Positions 7,991 to 17,427 of a stretch of 64,000 nucleotides of DNA are shown in pieces (positions within the stretch are counted from its first letter, which is position 1; each line of letters begins with the position of its first letter). Source of the stretch: Gemmatimonadota bacterium (lineage in GTDB: Bacteria; Gemmatimonadota; Gemmatimonadetes; Palauibacterales; Palauibacteraceae); contig JBDGYE010000002.1 of assembly GCA_039584255.1 (NCBI GenBank), positions 1,917 through 65,916 on the forward strand. The letters run 5' to 3'. Under the pieces are notes generated by a model. The model made no database searches. It was not told where the DNA came from and saw only the letters and a program-made list of their open reading frames with translations. The translations under genes and the position numbers were made by a program.

Positions 7991-9592
7991 ATGACATTCG
8001 AGAAGGCGACGTTGCCGCGTCTCAAAGAGGCCCAGAGCCTGTTCCGGCAGGCGGAGGCTGGCACCTCCGTCTCGCGCTCAGAGTTCAAGAAGCAGGTGGT
8101 CGAGCTCCGCCAGGAGCTGCTGGAGGCCCAGAGCCGCCTGCGCGAGGCCGACTTTCCGGTGATCGTCATGTTCGCCGGTGTCGATGGGGCGGGCAAGGGA
8201 CAGCTCGCGAACCTGCTCTCGGAGTGGATGGATCCCAGGGGAATCGTCACCCGGGCGTTTAGCGACACCTCGCAGGAGGAGGCGGAGCGCCCCGTCTACT
8301 GGCGGTTCTGGAGGGACCTTCCGCCCCGTGGGACCATCGGGGTGTTCCTCAGCGCGTGGTACACGGCGCCCCTCCTGGACCGGGTGTACGGCGAGACCAC
8401 CGACGACGAGTTCGAGACCGAGCTCTCCGAGATCGACGCCTTCGAGAAGACCCTGGTCGACGACGGCTACCAGTTCGTGAAGTTCTGGATGCACCTGGGA
8501 CGCGAGGCCCAGCGGCAGCGGTTCGAGGAGCTCGAGGCCGATCCGCTCAATCGGTGGCGGGTGACGCGGAAGGATTGGGAGCACTGGACGATGTACGACC
8601 GCTTCATCCGCTATTCCGCGCGCATCATTCAGCGAACGGGCTCGGATTGGGCGCCATGGACGATCGTCGAGGGGGCGGACGCCCACTACCGCAGCCTCGA
8701 GGTGGGCCGGGTCCTGCGCGACGCCATCCACGACCGGCTCGAGGTCTGGGAGCGCGAGAGGGAAGAAAGCAGGGAGTCCGACGGGGGCGACGGCGTCCGA
8801 GCCCCGAGGACCCCCGGTCCGGCAGTGACGGCGATTCGTCCCGTGACCGTGCTCTCGTCCCTGGATCTCTCGAAGTCGATTCAGAAGACGGACTACCGGA
8901 CGGAGCTGTCCCGCCTGCAGGCCCGGCTGAACCAACTGCACAGGGTCGCACGCGACCGGAAGCGATCCACGATTCTGGTGTTCGAGGGCTGGGATGCGGC
9001 CGGAAAGGGCGGCGCGATCCGCCGGATCACGCCCGCGCTGGATGCCAGGGACTACCAGATCATCTCGATCGCCGCCCCCACCGAGGAGGAGAACGCGCAC
9101 CACTACCTGTGGCGCTTCTGGCGCCACCTGCCGAGAGCCGGCCGCTTCCTGATCTTCGACCGGAGCTGGTACGGGCGGGTGCTGGTCGAACGAATCGAAG
9201 GGCTGGCCAGTCCGGACGAGTGGCTCCGGGCGTACGAAGAGATCAACGACTTCGAGCGCCAGCTCGTGGACCACGGTACGGTGGTGATGAAGTTCTGGAT
9301 CCACATCTCGCCCGAGGAACAGGACCGGCGGTTCCAGGCCCGCGAGGAGACTCCCTACAAACAGTGGAAGCTGACCGACGAGGACTGGCGAAACCGTGAG
9401 CGTTGGCAGGCTTACGAGATGGCGGTGGACGACATGGTGCGGCTCACCAACACTGCCGTCGCCCCGTGGACGCTGGTTTCGGGCAACGACAAGCGTTTCG
9501 CCAGAATCAGGGTGCTGGAGACGGTGTGCAACTCGCTCGACCGCGCTCTCGGACACCCCCTGCTCGACGTGAACGGAGTGCATTTCGCGTGA
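7991..9592 (+). CDS. ppk2: Two-domain polyphosphate kinase 2 (polyphosphate:AMP phosphotransferase-like)
   Basis: 533 aa with two PPK2 repeats, each carrying a P-loop (FAGVDGAGKG and FEGWDAAGKGG) and WYxRV-like motifs. The start abuts the upstream stop. Confidence 0.9.
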   Translation: MTFEKATLPRLKEAQSLFRQAEAGTSVSRSEFKKQVVELRQELLEAQSRLREADFPVIVMFAGVDGAGKGQLANLLSEWMDPRGIVTRAFSDTSQEEAERPVYWRFWRDLPPRGTIGVFLSAWYTAPLLDRVYGETTDDEFETELSEIDAFEKTLVDDGYQFVKFWMHLGREAQRQRFEELEADPLNRWRVTRKDWEHWTMYDRFIRYSARIIQRTGSDWAPWTIVEGADAHYRSLEVGRVLRDAIHDRLEVWEREREESRESDGGDGVRAPRTPGPAVTAIRPVTVLSSLDLSKSIQKTDYRTELSRLQARLNQLHRVARDRKRSTILVFEGWDAAGKGGAIRRITPALDARDYQIISIAAPTEEENAHHYLWRFWRHLPRAGRFLIFDRSWYGRVLVERIEGLASPDEWLRAYEEINDFERQLVDHGTVVMKFWIHISPEEQDRRFQAREETPYKQWKLTDEDWRNRERWQAYEMAVDDMVRLTNTAVAPWTLVSGNDKRFARIRVLETVCNSLDRALGHPLLDVNGVHFA

Positions 9593-12033
9593 GCGATAAC
9601 GACGATCGGACCAGGTCAGCCGGAAGGCCGAAGGGCGACGCGGCCGGCGGAGACAACCCGGGCGCCTCGGGAGAAAGCGTCCTTCCGGAGCATATGAGGC
9701 CGCCGCCGGCGACCCGCCTGGGGGCACCCGACGAGTTGGTGGTCCCGGAGCGAGCCCCCGAGGTCCCGGCGGAGCAAGAGGCTGGCGAGGAGGCCGCCCA
9801 GGTAATCGACGAGCGCGTGGGGGCACCGGAGGCGATCGCCGTCCTCCCCGAGCGCCGAACGCCGGTGGATCCTGGCGCCCTGCCCGAGCCGGGGCCCGAC
9901 GGAGCCTGGGATCTCGCCGATCCGACGCTTCTCCTGAACCGTGAGCTCACCTGGCTCAACTTCAACTACCGGGTGCTGAACGAGGCGGAGGATCAGCGTG
10001 TGCCTCTGCTGGAGCGACTGAAGTTCGTGGCGATCGTGAGCTCGAACGTCGACGAGTTCTTCATGAAGCGGATCGGGGGCCTAAAGCAGCAGGTCGGGGC
10101 CGGGATCCACAAGCTGACCGCCGACGGGCGCACGCCGCAGCAGCAGATAGACGAATCGTACCAGATCCTGCGCGACCTGGAGGAGCGCAAGCGGCAGACG
10201 TTCCTCCGGCTGGTGGACGAGCTGCGGTCGAGCGACGTCGTGATCGTGGACTACGACGAGCTGGACGAGCAAGACCAGGAATACCTGCGCCGCTACTACG
10301 TCGAGAACATCTACCCGTTGGTCACGCCGCAGGCGACGGACCCCGCGCACCCGTTCCCGTTCATATCGAATCTGTCGGTGAACCTCCTCGTCACCTTGCA
10401 CCTGCCGGGAGACGTGGTGCCGTCCATGGCCCGGGTGAAGGTGCCGCTGGGGATCGGAATCCCGCGCTTCCTCCAGCTGGAGGGCCGGAACACGTTCGTC
10501 CCCCTCGAGAGCGTGATGGCGGCCAACCTGGACCTACTGTTTCCAGGCATGGAGATCACGTCGTGCGAGATGTTCCGGGTCACCCGCAACGCCAACACCG
10601 AGCTGGAGGAAGACGAGGCCGACGACCTGCTGGCGATGATCGAGACGGAGCTCCGGCAACGCCGCCTGGCCCCTATCGTCCGGCTCGAGGTGGCGGAGGG
10701 GATGGATCCGGTGCACAGCGGCATGCTCGCCGCCGAGCTGGGCCTGGATGAGGAATCGGACGTCTTCGCGGTCCCCGGAACGCTCGGCCTGGAGGACCTG
10801 TGGGAGCTGGCCGCGCTCGACCTGACGGAGCTGCGCGACGATCCGCATCACCCGGCCGACCATCCGAAGCTGGTGACCGATCGGCCGGTCTTCCACACCA
10901 TCCGGGCACACGGGTCGATCCTCCTTCACCATCCCTACGAGTCGTTCACGACATCGGTGGAGAGGCTGCTCAAGGAGGCCAGCGAGGACCCGAAGGTGCG
11001 GGCGATCAAGATGACGGTGTACCGTACGTCGGCCGAGTCGAAGGCGGTAGACTACCTGATCGAGGCGGCCCGGAACGGCAAGCAGGTAGCGGTGGTGATG
11101 GAGCTCAAGGCCCGCTTCGATGAGGCGGCCAACATCCGGTGGGCCAACCGGCTGAGCGCCTACGGGATTCACGTCACCTACGGGGTCGTCGGCCTGAAGA
11201 CGCACTGCAAGGCGATCCTGGTGGTGCGCGAGGACTACGACGGCCTGCGCCGGTACGCCCACGTGGGTACCGGCAACTACCACGCGGGCACCGCCCGGCT
11301 CTACTCGGATCTGGGCCTGCTGACCTGCGATCCGGAGATCGGGAGCGATCTCACCGAGCTGTTCAACTACCTGACCACCGGCTACAAGCCGAAGCGCAAC
11401 TACCGGAAGGTCCTGCCGGCGCCCAAGCTGCTCAAGCCGGCCATCCTAGGTAAGATCGCGCGCGAGATGGGGCTGCACTCCGAGGAGGCGCCCGGACTCA
11501 TCCAGATGAAGATGAACGCGCTCGAGGATCCGGATGTCACCCGGGCGCTGTACGAGGCGTCTATGGCCGGGGTGCAGGTGGATCTCATCATCCGTGACAC
11601 GTGTCGCCTCCGCCCGGGGATCCCCGGCCTCTCGGACAACGTCCGCGTGGTGAGCATCGTCGGCCGTTTCCTGGAGCACTCCCGGATCTACTACTTCCGG
11701 AACGGCGGCGAAGAGGAATACTACATCGGCTCGGCGGACATCATGCGGAGGAACCTGGGCAGCCGGGTCGAGGCCCTGGCGCCGGTGGAAGAGCCCGAGG
11801 CGATGGACGACCTTCGCTTCCTGCTCGACGCGCAGCTCGAAGACCGACGCTCGGCGTGGGACATGCAGCCGGACGGCTCGTACGTGCAGAGGACGCCGCC
11901 GGACGACGAATCGGAACCCGGCTCGCAGGTGACTCTCATCCGCTGGTCGGACGCGCGCCATAAGGAGGCGACCCGTCTCAAGCGGCGCAAGCCGAGGGGC
12001 ATCCGACTTCAGGAGCGCACGCCGGAAGACTGA
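9589..12033 (+). CDS. ppk1: Polyphosphate kinase 1
   Basis: LLNRELTWLNFNYRVLNEA, YAHVGTGNYHAGTARLYSD and FLEHSRIYYF are PPK1 hallmarks. Proposed GTG 9589 gives a GTGA overlap with the ppk2 stop. ATG 9694 is an alternative. ORF-track start 9403 rejected. Confidence 0.9.
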   Translation: MSDNDDRTRSAGRPKGDAAGGDNPGASGESVLPEHMRPPPATRLGAPDELVVPERAPEVPAEQEAGEEAAQVIDERVGAPEAIAVLPERRTPVDPGALPEPGPDGAWDLADPTLLLNRELTWLNFNYRVLNEAEDQRVPLLERLKFVAIVSSNVDEFFMKRIGGLKQQVGAGIHKLTADGRTPQQQIDESYQILRDLEERKRQTFLRLVDELRSSDVVIVDYDELDEQDQEYLRRYYVENIYPLVTPQATDPAHPFPFISNLSVNLLVTLHLPGDVVPSMARVKVPLGIGIPRFLQLEGRNTFVPLESVMAANLDLLFPGMEITSCEMFRVTRNANTELEEDEADDLLAMIETELRQRRLAPIVRLEVAEGMDPVHSGMLAAELGLDEESDVFAVPGTLGLEDLWELAALDLTELRDDPHHPADHPKLVTDRPVFHTIRAHGSILLHHPYESFTTSVERLLKEASEDPKVRAIKMTVYRTSAESKAVDYLIEAARNGKQVAVVMELKARFDEAANIRWANRLSAYGIHVTYGVVGLKTHCKAILVVREDYDGLRRYAHVGTGNYHAGTARLYSDLGLLTCDPEIGSDLTELFNYLTTGYKPKRNYRKVLPAPKLLKPAILGKIAREMGLHSEEAPGLIQMKMNALEDPDVTRALYEASMAGVQVDLIIRDTCRLRPGIPGLSDNVRVVSIVGRFLEHSRIYYFRNGGEEEYYIGSADIMRRNLGSRVEALAPVEEPEAMDDLRFLLDAQLEDRRSAWDMQPDGSYVQRTPPDDESEPGSQVTLIRWSDARHKEATRLKRRKPRGIRLQERTPED

Positions 12034-13733
12034 TGCACGGCACCGTTCCCACCGGAGATCCCGGCCTGCTGACCCTCGGCATCGGCCTGCTGGGAGGTCT
12101 GGCCCTGTTCCTGTTCGGGATGGGCCAGATGGCCGACTCGCTCAAGCTGGTGTCGGGCGACCGCATGAAGTCGGTGCTGGCCCGGCTCACCCGCAATCGG
12201 GTGACGGGCGTGGCCACAGGTACCCTGGTCACCTCGGTGATCCAGTCCTCGTCCGTGACCACCGTCCTCGTCGTAGGCTTCGTCTCGGCGGGACTCATTA
12301 CCCTGTCGCAGTCGGTGGGAGTAATCCTCGGCGCCGACATCGGGACGACCATCACCGCCCAGGTGATTGCCTTCAACATCAAGGAGTACTCGCTGCTGCT
12401 GGTGGCGGCGGGATTCGCCCTCATGTTCCTGGCGCGGCGCGAGAGGCCGAAGCACTACGGGGCGGCTCTCATGGGGCTCGGCCTCGTCTTCCTCGGCATG
12501 GGGATCATGGGCGACGCCATGCGGCCGCTCCGTACCTACCAGCCCTTCCTGGACGCCATGGCTGGGATGGAGAATCCGCTGCTCGGCATCCTCGTGGGAG
12601 CGGCGTTCACGGCGCTCGTACAGTCGTCGTCCGCGACCGTGGGAATCCTCATTGTGCTGGGCAGCCAGAGCCTGCTGACCCTGAGCGCAGCCATCGCGCT
12701 CCTGTTCGGCGCCAACATCGGCACAACCGTCACCGCTCTTCTGGCCTCGGTGGGGCGCACCCGCGAGGCCCAGCGGGCTGCCGTGATCCACCTGATCTTC
12801 AAGGTCGTCGGGGTGGTGATCTGGGTCTTTCTGATCGATCAGCTGGCCTGGATCGTGACACAGGTGTCGCCGGCGCATCCCGAGCTGTCTGGGGCGGAGC
12901 GGATCGCCGCCGAGTCGCCACGCCAGATCGCCAACGCCCACACCATCTTCAACGTCGCCAACACGCTGATCTTCCTGCCTCTGGGAGGAGTCTTCGTGTG
13001 GCTGACGCGCCGGTTGATCCCCGACCGACCGCCGGAAGAGGAAAGGGGCGTTCGGGTAAAATACCTGGACGAGAGCCTGCTTCTCACCCCGGCCTTCGCG
13101 CTGGATCGGGCGCGACTCGAGATTCTGCACATGGGCGATCAGGTGCGCGAAATGCTCAGCGCGATAATGCCGGCAGCCGTGGCCGGGACCCGCGCGCAGC
13201 TCGGCGCCATCGCCGATATGGACGACGCGGTGGACATCCTCCACGGCGAGATCATCACCTACCTCAGCAAGGTCAGCCAGGAGGAGCTCGCAGAGGAACA
13301 GACCGAGGAGCTGGTGAAGCTGATGGAGGCCACCAACGACCTCGAGAACATCGGCGACATCATCGAGACCAACCTGGTGAGCCTCGGGCTGAGCAGGATC
13401 GAGGACGGCGTTACGGTGAGCACCGAGACGCGCCAGGTTATCGCCGACTTCCACGGGGCCGTGGGCCGTTCGCTCGAGCTCGCGCTGCTGGCGGTGACCC
13501 AGAAGAACGAGCGGGCGGCCGCGACGGTGGTGGAGATGAAGTCCGAGATCAACCGGCTCTCGGACTCGGCGGCGATGCACGAGGCGAAGCGGCTGGTCGC
13601 GCGGGAGCCTGGGCGCCTTCCGGCTTACGCGCTGGAAGTGGACATCCTCGAGAACCTCAAGCGCATCTACTACTTCTGCAAGCGGATGGCTCGCGCCGCT
13701 TTGCCCTCGGTGGACCTGAGGGCAACGGGCTGA
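12033..13733 (+). CDS. Na+/phosphate cotransporter family protein with C-terminal PhoU-like domain
   Basis: 566 aa. GLALFLFGMGQMADSLK and duplicated NaPi-II type TM repeats (QSSSVTT / QSSSATV). Helical PhoU-like C-terminal half. 1-nt overlap (TGATG) with ppk1. Confidence 0.85.
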   Translation: MHGTVPTGDPGLLTLGIGLLGGLALFLFGMGQMADSLKLVSGDRMKSVLARLTRNRVTGVATGTLVTSVIQSSSVTTVLVVGFVSAGLITLSQSVGVILGADIGTTITAQVIAFNIKEYSLLLVAAGFALMFLARRERPKHYGAALMGLGLVFLGMGIMGDAMRPLRTYQPFLDAMAGMENPLLGILVGAAFTALVQSSSATVGILIVLGSQSLLTLSAAIALLFGANIGTTVTALLASVGRTREAQRAAVIHLIFKVVGVVIWVFLIDQLAWIVTQVSPAHPELSGAERIAAESPRQIANAHTIFNVANTLIFLPLGGVFVWLTRRLIPDRPPEEERGVRVKYLDESLLLTPAFALDRARLEILHMGDQVREMLSAIMPAAVAGTRAQLGAIADMDDAVDILHGEIITYLSKVSQEELAEEQTEELVKLMEATNDLENIGDIIETNLVSLGLSRIEDGVTVSTETRQVIADFHGAVGRSLELALLAVTQKNERAAATVVEMKSEINRLSDSAAMHEAKRLVAREPGRLPAYALEVDILENLKRIYYFCKRMARAALPSVDLRATG

Positions 13734-13814
13734 CCCGCGCGCGCCTTCTCCCACTCGTTCTCCGCTTGGAGGCCGAACGCCTCTGCCGACGTTTCCATCC
13801 CTCGCTCCTGGCGC

Positions 13815-13832
13815 CCCGGACTCCCGTCCGGG
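13815..13832 (+). terminator. Hairpin downstream of the Na/Pi transporter gene
   Basis: CCCGGAC-tccc-GTCCGGG 7-bp stem followed by CTGTGTTCC. Lies in a convergent intergenic region. Confidence 0.35.
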
Positions 13833-13917
13833 CTGTGTTCCCGGACAGCGGCCGGGACAGCGGCCACCGGAGAATCCGAGCTAGACGAAGGGGTGAGCGC
13901 CGGCGAGCGGGGCCCGA

Positions 13918-14727
13918 TCAGAGGCGAAGCCCCGCCCCCAGCCCAGTGAACCAGTTCGGATCCGGGTCCTGCAGACCGGCTCCGATCCGCCAGTCGAGCT
14001 GGAAGGCGGAGCTCACGAGGAACGTGATGCCCGCGTTCAGGAAGTGGGTCGCGCTGCCCCCTTCGTTCTCCGGGTAGAATCCGAAGTGCTCGAAGAAGGC
14101 TCCGAGGCGGCCTGTGAGGCCCACGCCCAGCGACGCGCTCGCCACGGCCTCGTGGAAGCTCGTGTCGCCGGAAGTTCTGTACGTCCAGCCGAGGTTGGAG
14201 CCGAGGCCGAGTCGCCCCGGGAGGTCCCACTGCAGCGCCAGGGTTGCGCCCGGCTGGACCTTCTCCTCACCCTCGCCGCCGCTGCCGGTCGGAAGGTCAG
14301 CCCCGAACAGCAGCGCCGTCTGCGGCACGGCAGGCGGGGTGTCCTCGTTTCGCCGGTAGAGGATCGCCTTCCCCGCCACACGTAGCTCCTCCAGGCCTTC
14401 GCGGTTGCCCTCCGGAGCCCGGGTGAGTGCCAGCGAGTTGAGCCCGAGCCGTCCCTCCAGCCAGCCGAGCGCCCCTACCCTCACCAGCAGCTCGCCGAAC
14501 GAGTGCCTCTCCTCCGCCCCACTCCGGGTGAAAGTGTAGCCGAGCTCGAGCTGGACGCGGCCGGGGTGGATGGTCACCGCGCTCTCGGTGAAGTCCGGCC
14601 GGTCGGTGACAAGGGGCTCCGGCGTGTCCGCTTCCTGCGCTCGGAGCGTTCCAGGGCCGGTCAGTCCCGGAACTGCCGAAAGAAGCGGCGTCACCGCGAT
14701 GAGAGCGGTGCGAATGGCTCTGTTCAT
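13918..14727 (-). CDS. Outer-membrane channel of the MetA-pathway/phenol-degradation-like transporter family
   Basis: 269 aa. Signal peptide ending LRAQE. LVTDRPDFTESAVTIHPGRVQLELGYTF is typical of this barrel family. Ends GLGAGLRL. Confidence 0.75.
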   Translation of the reverse strand: MNRAIRTALIAVTPLLSAVPGLTGPGTLRAQEADTPEPLVTDRPDFTESAVTIHPGRVQLELGYTFTRSGAEERHSFGELLVRVGALGWLEGRLGLNSLALTRAPEGNREGLEELRVAGKAILYRRNEDTPPAVPQTALLFGADLPTGSGGEGEEKVQPGATLALQWDLPGRLGLGSNLGWTYRTSGDTSFHEAVASASLGVGLTGRLGAFFEHFGFYPENEGGSATHFLNAGITFLVSSAFQLDWRIGAGLQDPDPNWFTGLGAGLRL

Positions 14728-14807
14728 TCATCGTCGCGTTATTTTTAGCCTAGCCTAAACTACGAGCACATCCTGCGCTGTTCGACCCCGCCGTGTCAAG
14801 GCTCGCA

Positions 14808-14837
14808 TTGGTAGGGATGGAGCGGATTCGCTATAAT
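14808..14837 (+). promoter_or_regulatory. Sigma70-like promoter for the fused E1 gene
   Basis: TTGGTA (14808-14813), 18-nt spacer, consensus TATAAT (14832-14837), about 50 nt upstream of ATG 14891. Confidence 0.45.
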
Positions 14838-14890
14838 CTCTCCCTCCCAACACCGACCAGCGGGGTCACAGGCGCAACAGAAGGACGGGG

Positions 14891-17026
14891 ATGGCGACGT
14901 CGGCAGAGCATATGGAAAGCCCGATGGATGCGGACGGAAGGCACGGCCTGGACGACACGGCCCTGCTCCGCATGTACCGCACCATGTACCTGTCGCGACG
15001 GATCGACGACAGGGAGCTGCTGATGAAGCGGCAGCAGAAGATCTTCTTCCAGATCAGCGGGGCGGGCCACGAGGCGATCGGGGTGGCGGCGGGCATGGCC
15101 ATGAGCCCCGCCTACGACTGGTTCTTCACCTACTATCGTGATCGCGCTCTGTGTCTCACCCTGGGCGTCACGCCGTACGAGATGTTCCTCCAGGGCGTCG
15201 GCGCGGCGGAGGATCCAGCAAGCGGCGGACGCCAGATGCCCTCGCACTGGGGGCACCGGGACTACAACCTGGCCACCTCCTCCAGCCCGACGGGGACCCA
15301 ATTCCTGCAGGCTGTCGGCTGCGCGGAGGCGGGCGTGCGGGCCGCTCGGCTGGGGATGACCGATTCCGCCTTTCGCTTCCACGGTGACGAGGTCGTGCTG
15401 GCCACGACCGGCGATGGCACGACGTCGGAAGGCGAGTTCTGGGAGTCGCTCAACACGGCCAGCAACCTCAAGCTGCCCGTCGTCTACCTGGTGGAGGACA
15501 ACGGATACGCCATCTCGGTCCCCGTGGAGGTGCAGACCGCGGGTGGCAGCATCTCACGCCTCGTCTCGAGCTTCCCGGACCTCCTGGTGCGGCAGGTGGA
15601 CGGGACGGATCCGGTCGCGAGCTACGGGGCGATGAAGGAGGCGGTGGAGCACTGCCGGGCCCGGCGCGGCCCCGCTCTCGTTCACGCGAAGGTTACCCGC
15701 CCGTACAGCCACTCCATGTCGGACGACGAGCGGATGTACCGGCCGGAAGGAGAGCGGGACGACGAGGCGGCCCAGGATCCGATCCCCAACTTCGCCCGTT
15801 ACCTGGTGGCCCAGGGCGTTGCTACGGAGGAGGAGCTGGAGGCGATGCGCGAGGAGGTGGACGCCAGCGTTGTCGAGGCCTCGGAGCGGGCGGCCACCCG
15901 CCCGCAGCCGGGCTCCGAGACGGTCTATGTCAACGTCTACTCCCACGAGGCGGACCCGACCTCCGACGACTTCGCGACCGAGCCGGCCTTCGAGGGGGAC
16001 CCCAAGACGGTCGTCGATCTGCTCAACGCCTGCATGCGCGACGAGATGCGTCGCGACCCGCGGATCGTGGTATTCGGCGAGGACGTCGCCGACGTGAGCC
16101 GCGAGCAGTACCTCGACGACGTGAAGGGGAAGGGAGGCGTCTTCAAGGTCACCTTCGGTCTGCAGCGAGAATTCGGCTCCGACCGCGTATTCAACTCCCC
16201 GCTCGCGGAGGCGAACATCGTCGGCCGGGCGATCGGAATGGCGATTCGCGGGCTGAAGCCGGTCGCGGAGATTCAGTTCTTCGACTACATCTGGCCTGCC
16301 TTCCACCAGCTCCGGAACGAGCTCACGACCGTTCGCTGGCGCTCGAACGGCGCGTTCAAGTGCCCGCTGGTAGTGCGCACGACCTACGGCGGCTACCTGG
16401 CGGGCGGCGCCATGTACCATTCCCAGACCGGCGCGTCGCTCTTCACCCACACGCCCGGCATGTGGGTCGTATGCCCGTCCAATGCCGAGGATGCCAACGG
16501 ACTATTGCGCACGGCGATTCGCTGTGACGACCCCGTTTTGTTCCTGGAGCACAAGCACCTCTACCGGCAGACCTACAACAAGGGCCTCTATCCGGGCCCC
16601 GACTACATGATCCCCTTCGGGCGTGCCGAGGTGGTGCAGGAGGGCGGCGATCTGACGGTGGTCACGTACGGGGCGCTGGTGGAGCGCACCAGGAAGGCGC
16701 TCAAGCAGCTCGAGAAGGAGGGCCGCCCGGTGAGCGCCGAGGTGATCGACCTGCGGACGCTGAACCCGCTGGACATGGAGACGGTCTCCGCCTCGGTGAA
16801 GCGGACGAACCGCCTGCTGGTGGCCTACGAGGATTCCCGGTCCTGGGGCTTCGGCGCGGAGATCTCGGCCCGGATCGCCGACGAGCTCTTCGAGTGGCTG
16901 GACGCGCCGGTACGGCGCCTGGCCGCGACGGACACCTTCGTCGGGTACGCACCGGCGCTCGAGGAGGCGATACTTCCCCAGGTGGGCGACATCGCCGAAG
17001 CCGTGCTGGAGCTGGCTGGCTACTAG
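14891..17026 (+). CDS. 2-oxoacid dehydrogenase E1 component, fused alpha/beta subunits (BCKDH/PDH-like)
   Basis: 711 aa. The N-terminal half is E1-alpha-like (TPP-binding region [17 protein letters not shown]). The C-terminal half is E1-beta-like (FGEDVADVS..., [11 protein letters not shown]). Confidence 0.9.
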   Translation: MATSAEHMESPMDADGRHGLDDTALLRMYRTMYLSRRIDDRELLMKRQQKIFFQISGAGHEAIGVAAGMAMSPAYDWFFTYYRDRALCLTLGVTPYEMFLQGVGAAEDPASGGRQMPSHWGHRDYNLATSSSPTGTQFLQAVGCAEAGVRAARLGMTDSAFRFHGDEVVLATTGDGTTSEGEFWESLNTASNLKLPVVYLVEDNGYAISVPVEVQTAGGSISRLVSSFPDLLVRQVDGTDPVASYGAMKEAVEHCRARRGPALVHAKVTRPYSHSMSDDERMYRPEGERDDEAAQDPIPNFARYLVAQGVATEEELEAMREEVDASVVEASERAATRPQPGSETVYVNVYSHEADPTSDDFATEPAFEGDPKTVVDLLNACMRDEMRRDPRIVVFGEDVADVSREQYLDDVKGKGGVFKVTFGLQREFGSDRVFNSPLAEANIVGRAIGMAIRGLKPVAEIQFFDYIWPAFHQLRNELTTVRWRSNGAFKCPLVVRTTYGGYLAGGAMYHSQTGASLFTHTPGMWVVCPSNAEDANGLLRTAIRCDDPVLFLEHKHLYRQTYNKGLYPGPDYMIPFGRAEVVQEGGDLTVVTYGALVERTRKALKQLEKEGRPVSAEVIDLRTLNPLDMETVSASVKRTNRLLVAYEDSRSWGFGAEISARIADELFEWLDAPVRRLAATDTFVGYAPALEEAILPQVGDIAEAVLELAGY

Positions 17027-17319
17027 GGATCCGCCCCGGCGGCGCCGGCCGCGCGCCAATCCCGCCAGCGCCGAAGATCCTCGACCAGCTCCGCGCGTGT
17101 CACGCCCGGGCCGGCCAGGCTCACCCCTTCTCCGAACAGGTCGAAGTGGGGCAGCGCGTTTCGCCGATCGATCCACTCCCCTTTGAGCCCGTACCTACTG
17201 CCCCAAGCCACCAGCTCCTCGACCGAGGTGTCGCTGTAGGCGTGAACCAGCGTGTCACCCTTGCGGACGCCGATGCGGGGGATGTCGCGCTGCGCGGTGT
17301 GGTAGTGGAATCGAATCAC
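17023..17319 (-). CDS. DUF4031-like small protein
   Basis: 98 aa with a GTG start. [41 protein letters not shown] matches the DUF4031 pattern as I recall it. Convergent stop overlap (CTAG) with the E1 gene. Confidence 0.6.
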   Translation of the reverse strand: MIRFHYHTAQRDIPRIGVRKGDTLVHAYSDTSVEELVAWGSRYGLKGEWIDRRNALPHFDLFGEGVSLAGPGVTRAELVEDLRRWRDWRAAGAAGADP

Positions 17320-17427
17320 GGCTCACCGGTCATGTCGATGTTGGGTCATGGCACAGGACAGTCTACACCGCAGGTTCCCCCGTACACAGGCGAACCCGAA
17401 CTTCGCTGGCGCTCAGCCGTACTTTAG

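Noticed and set aside
9403-9588. Track start 9403 for ppk1.
   Set aside because: It would overlap the last 190 nt of ppk2 in another frame. GTG 9589 (GTGA coupling) or ATG 9694 is more plausible.
8078-9826. 582-aa minus-strand ORF opposite ppk2.
   Set aside because: It is a shadow frame of a gene with two clear PPK2 domains. Low-complexity Pro/Arg/Gly-rich translation.
12009-13754. 581-aa minus-strand ORF opposite the Na/Pi transporter.
   Set aside because: The plus-strand product has clear NaPi/PhoU features. The antisense product is a His/Arg/Gly-rich shadow.
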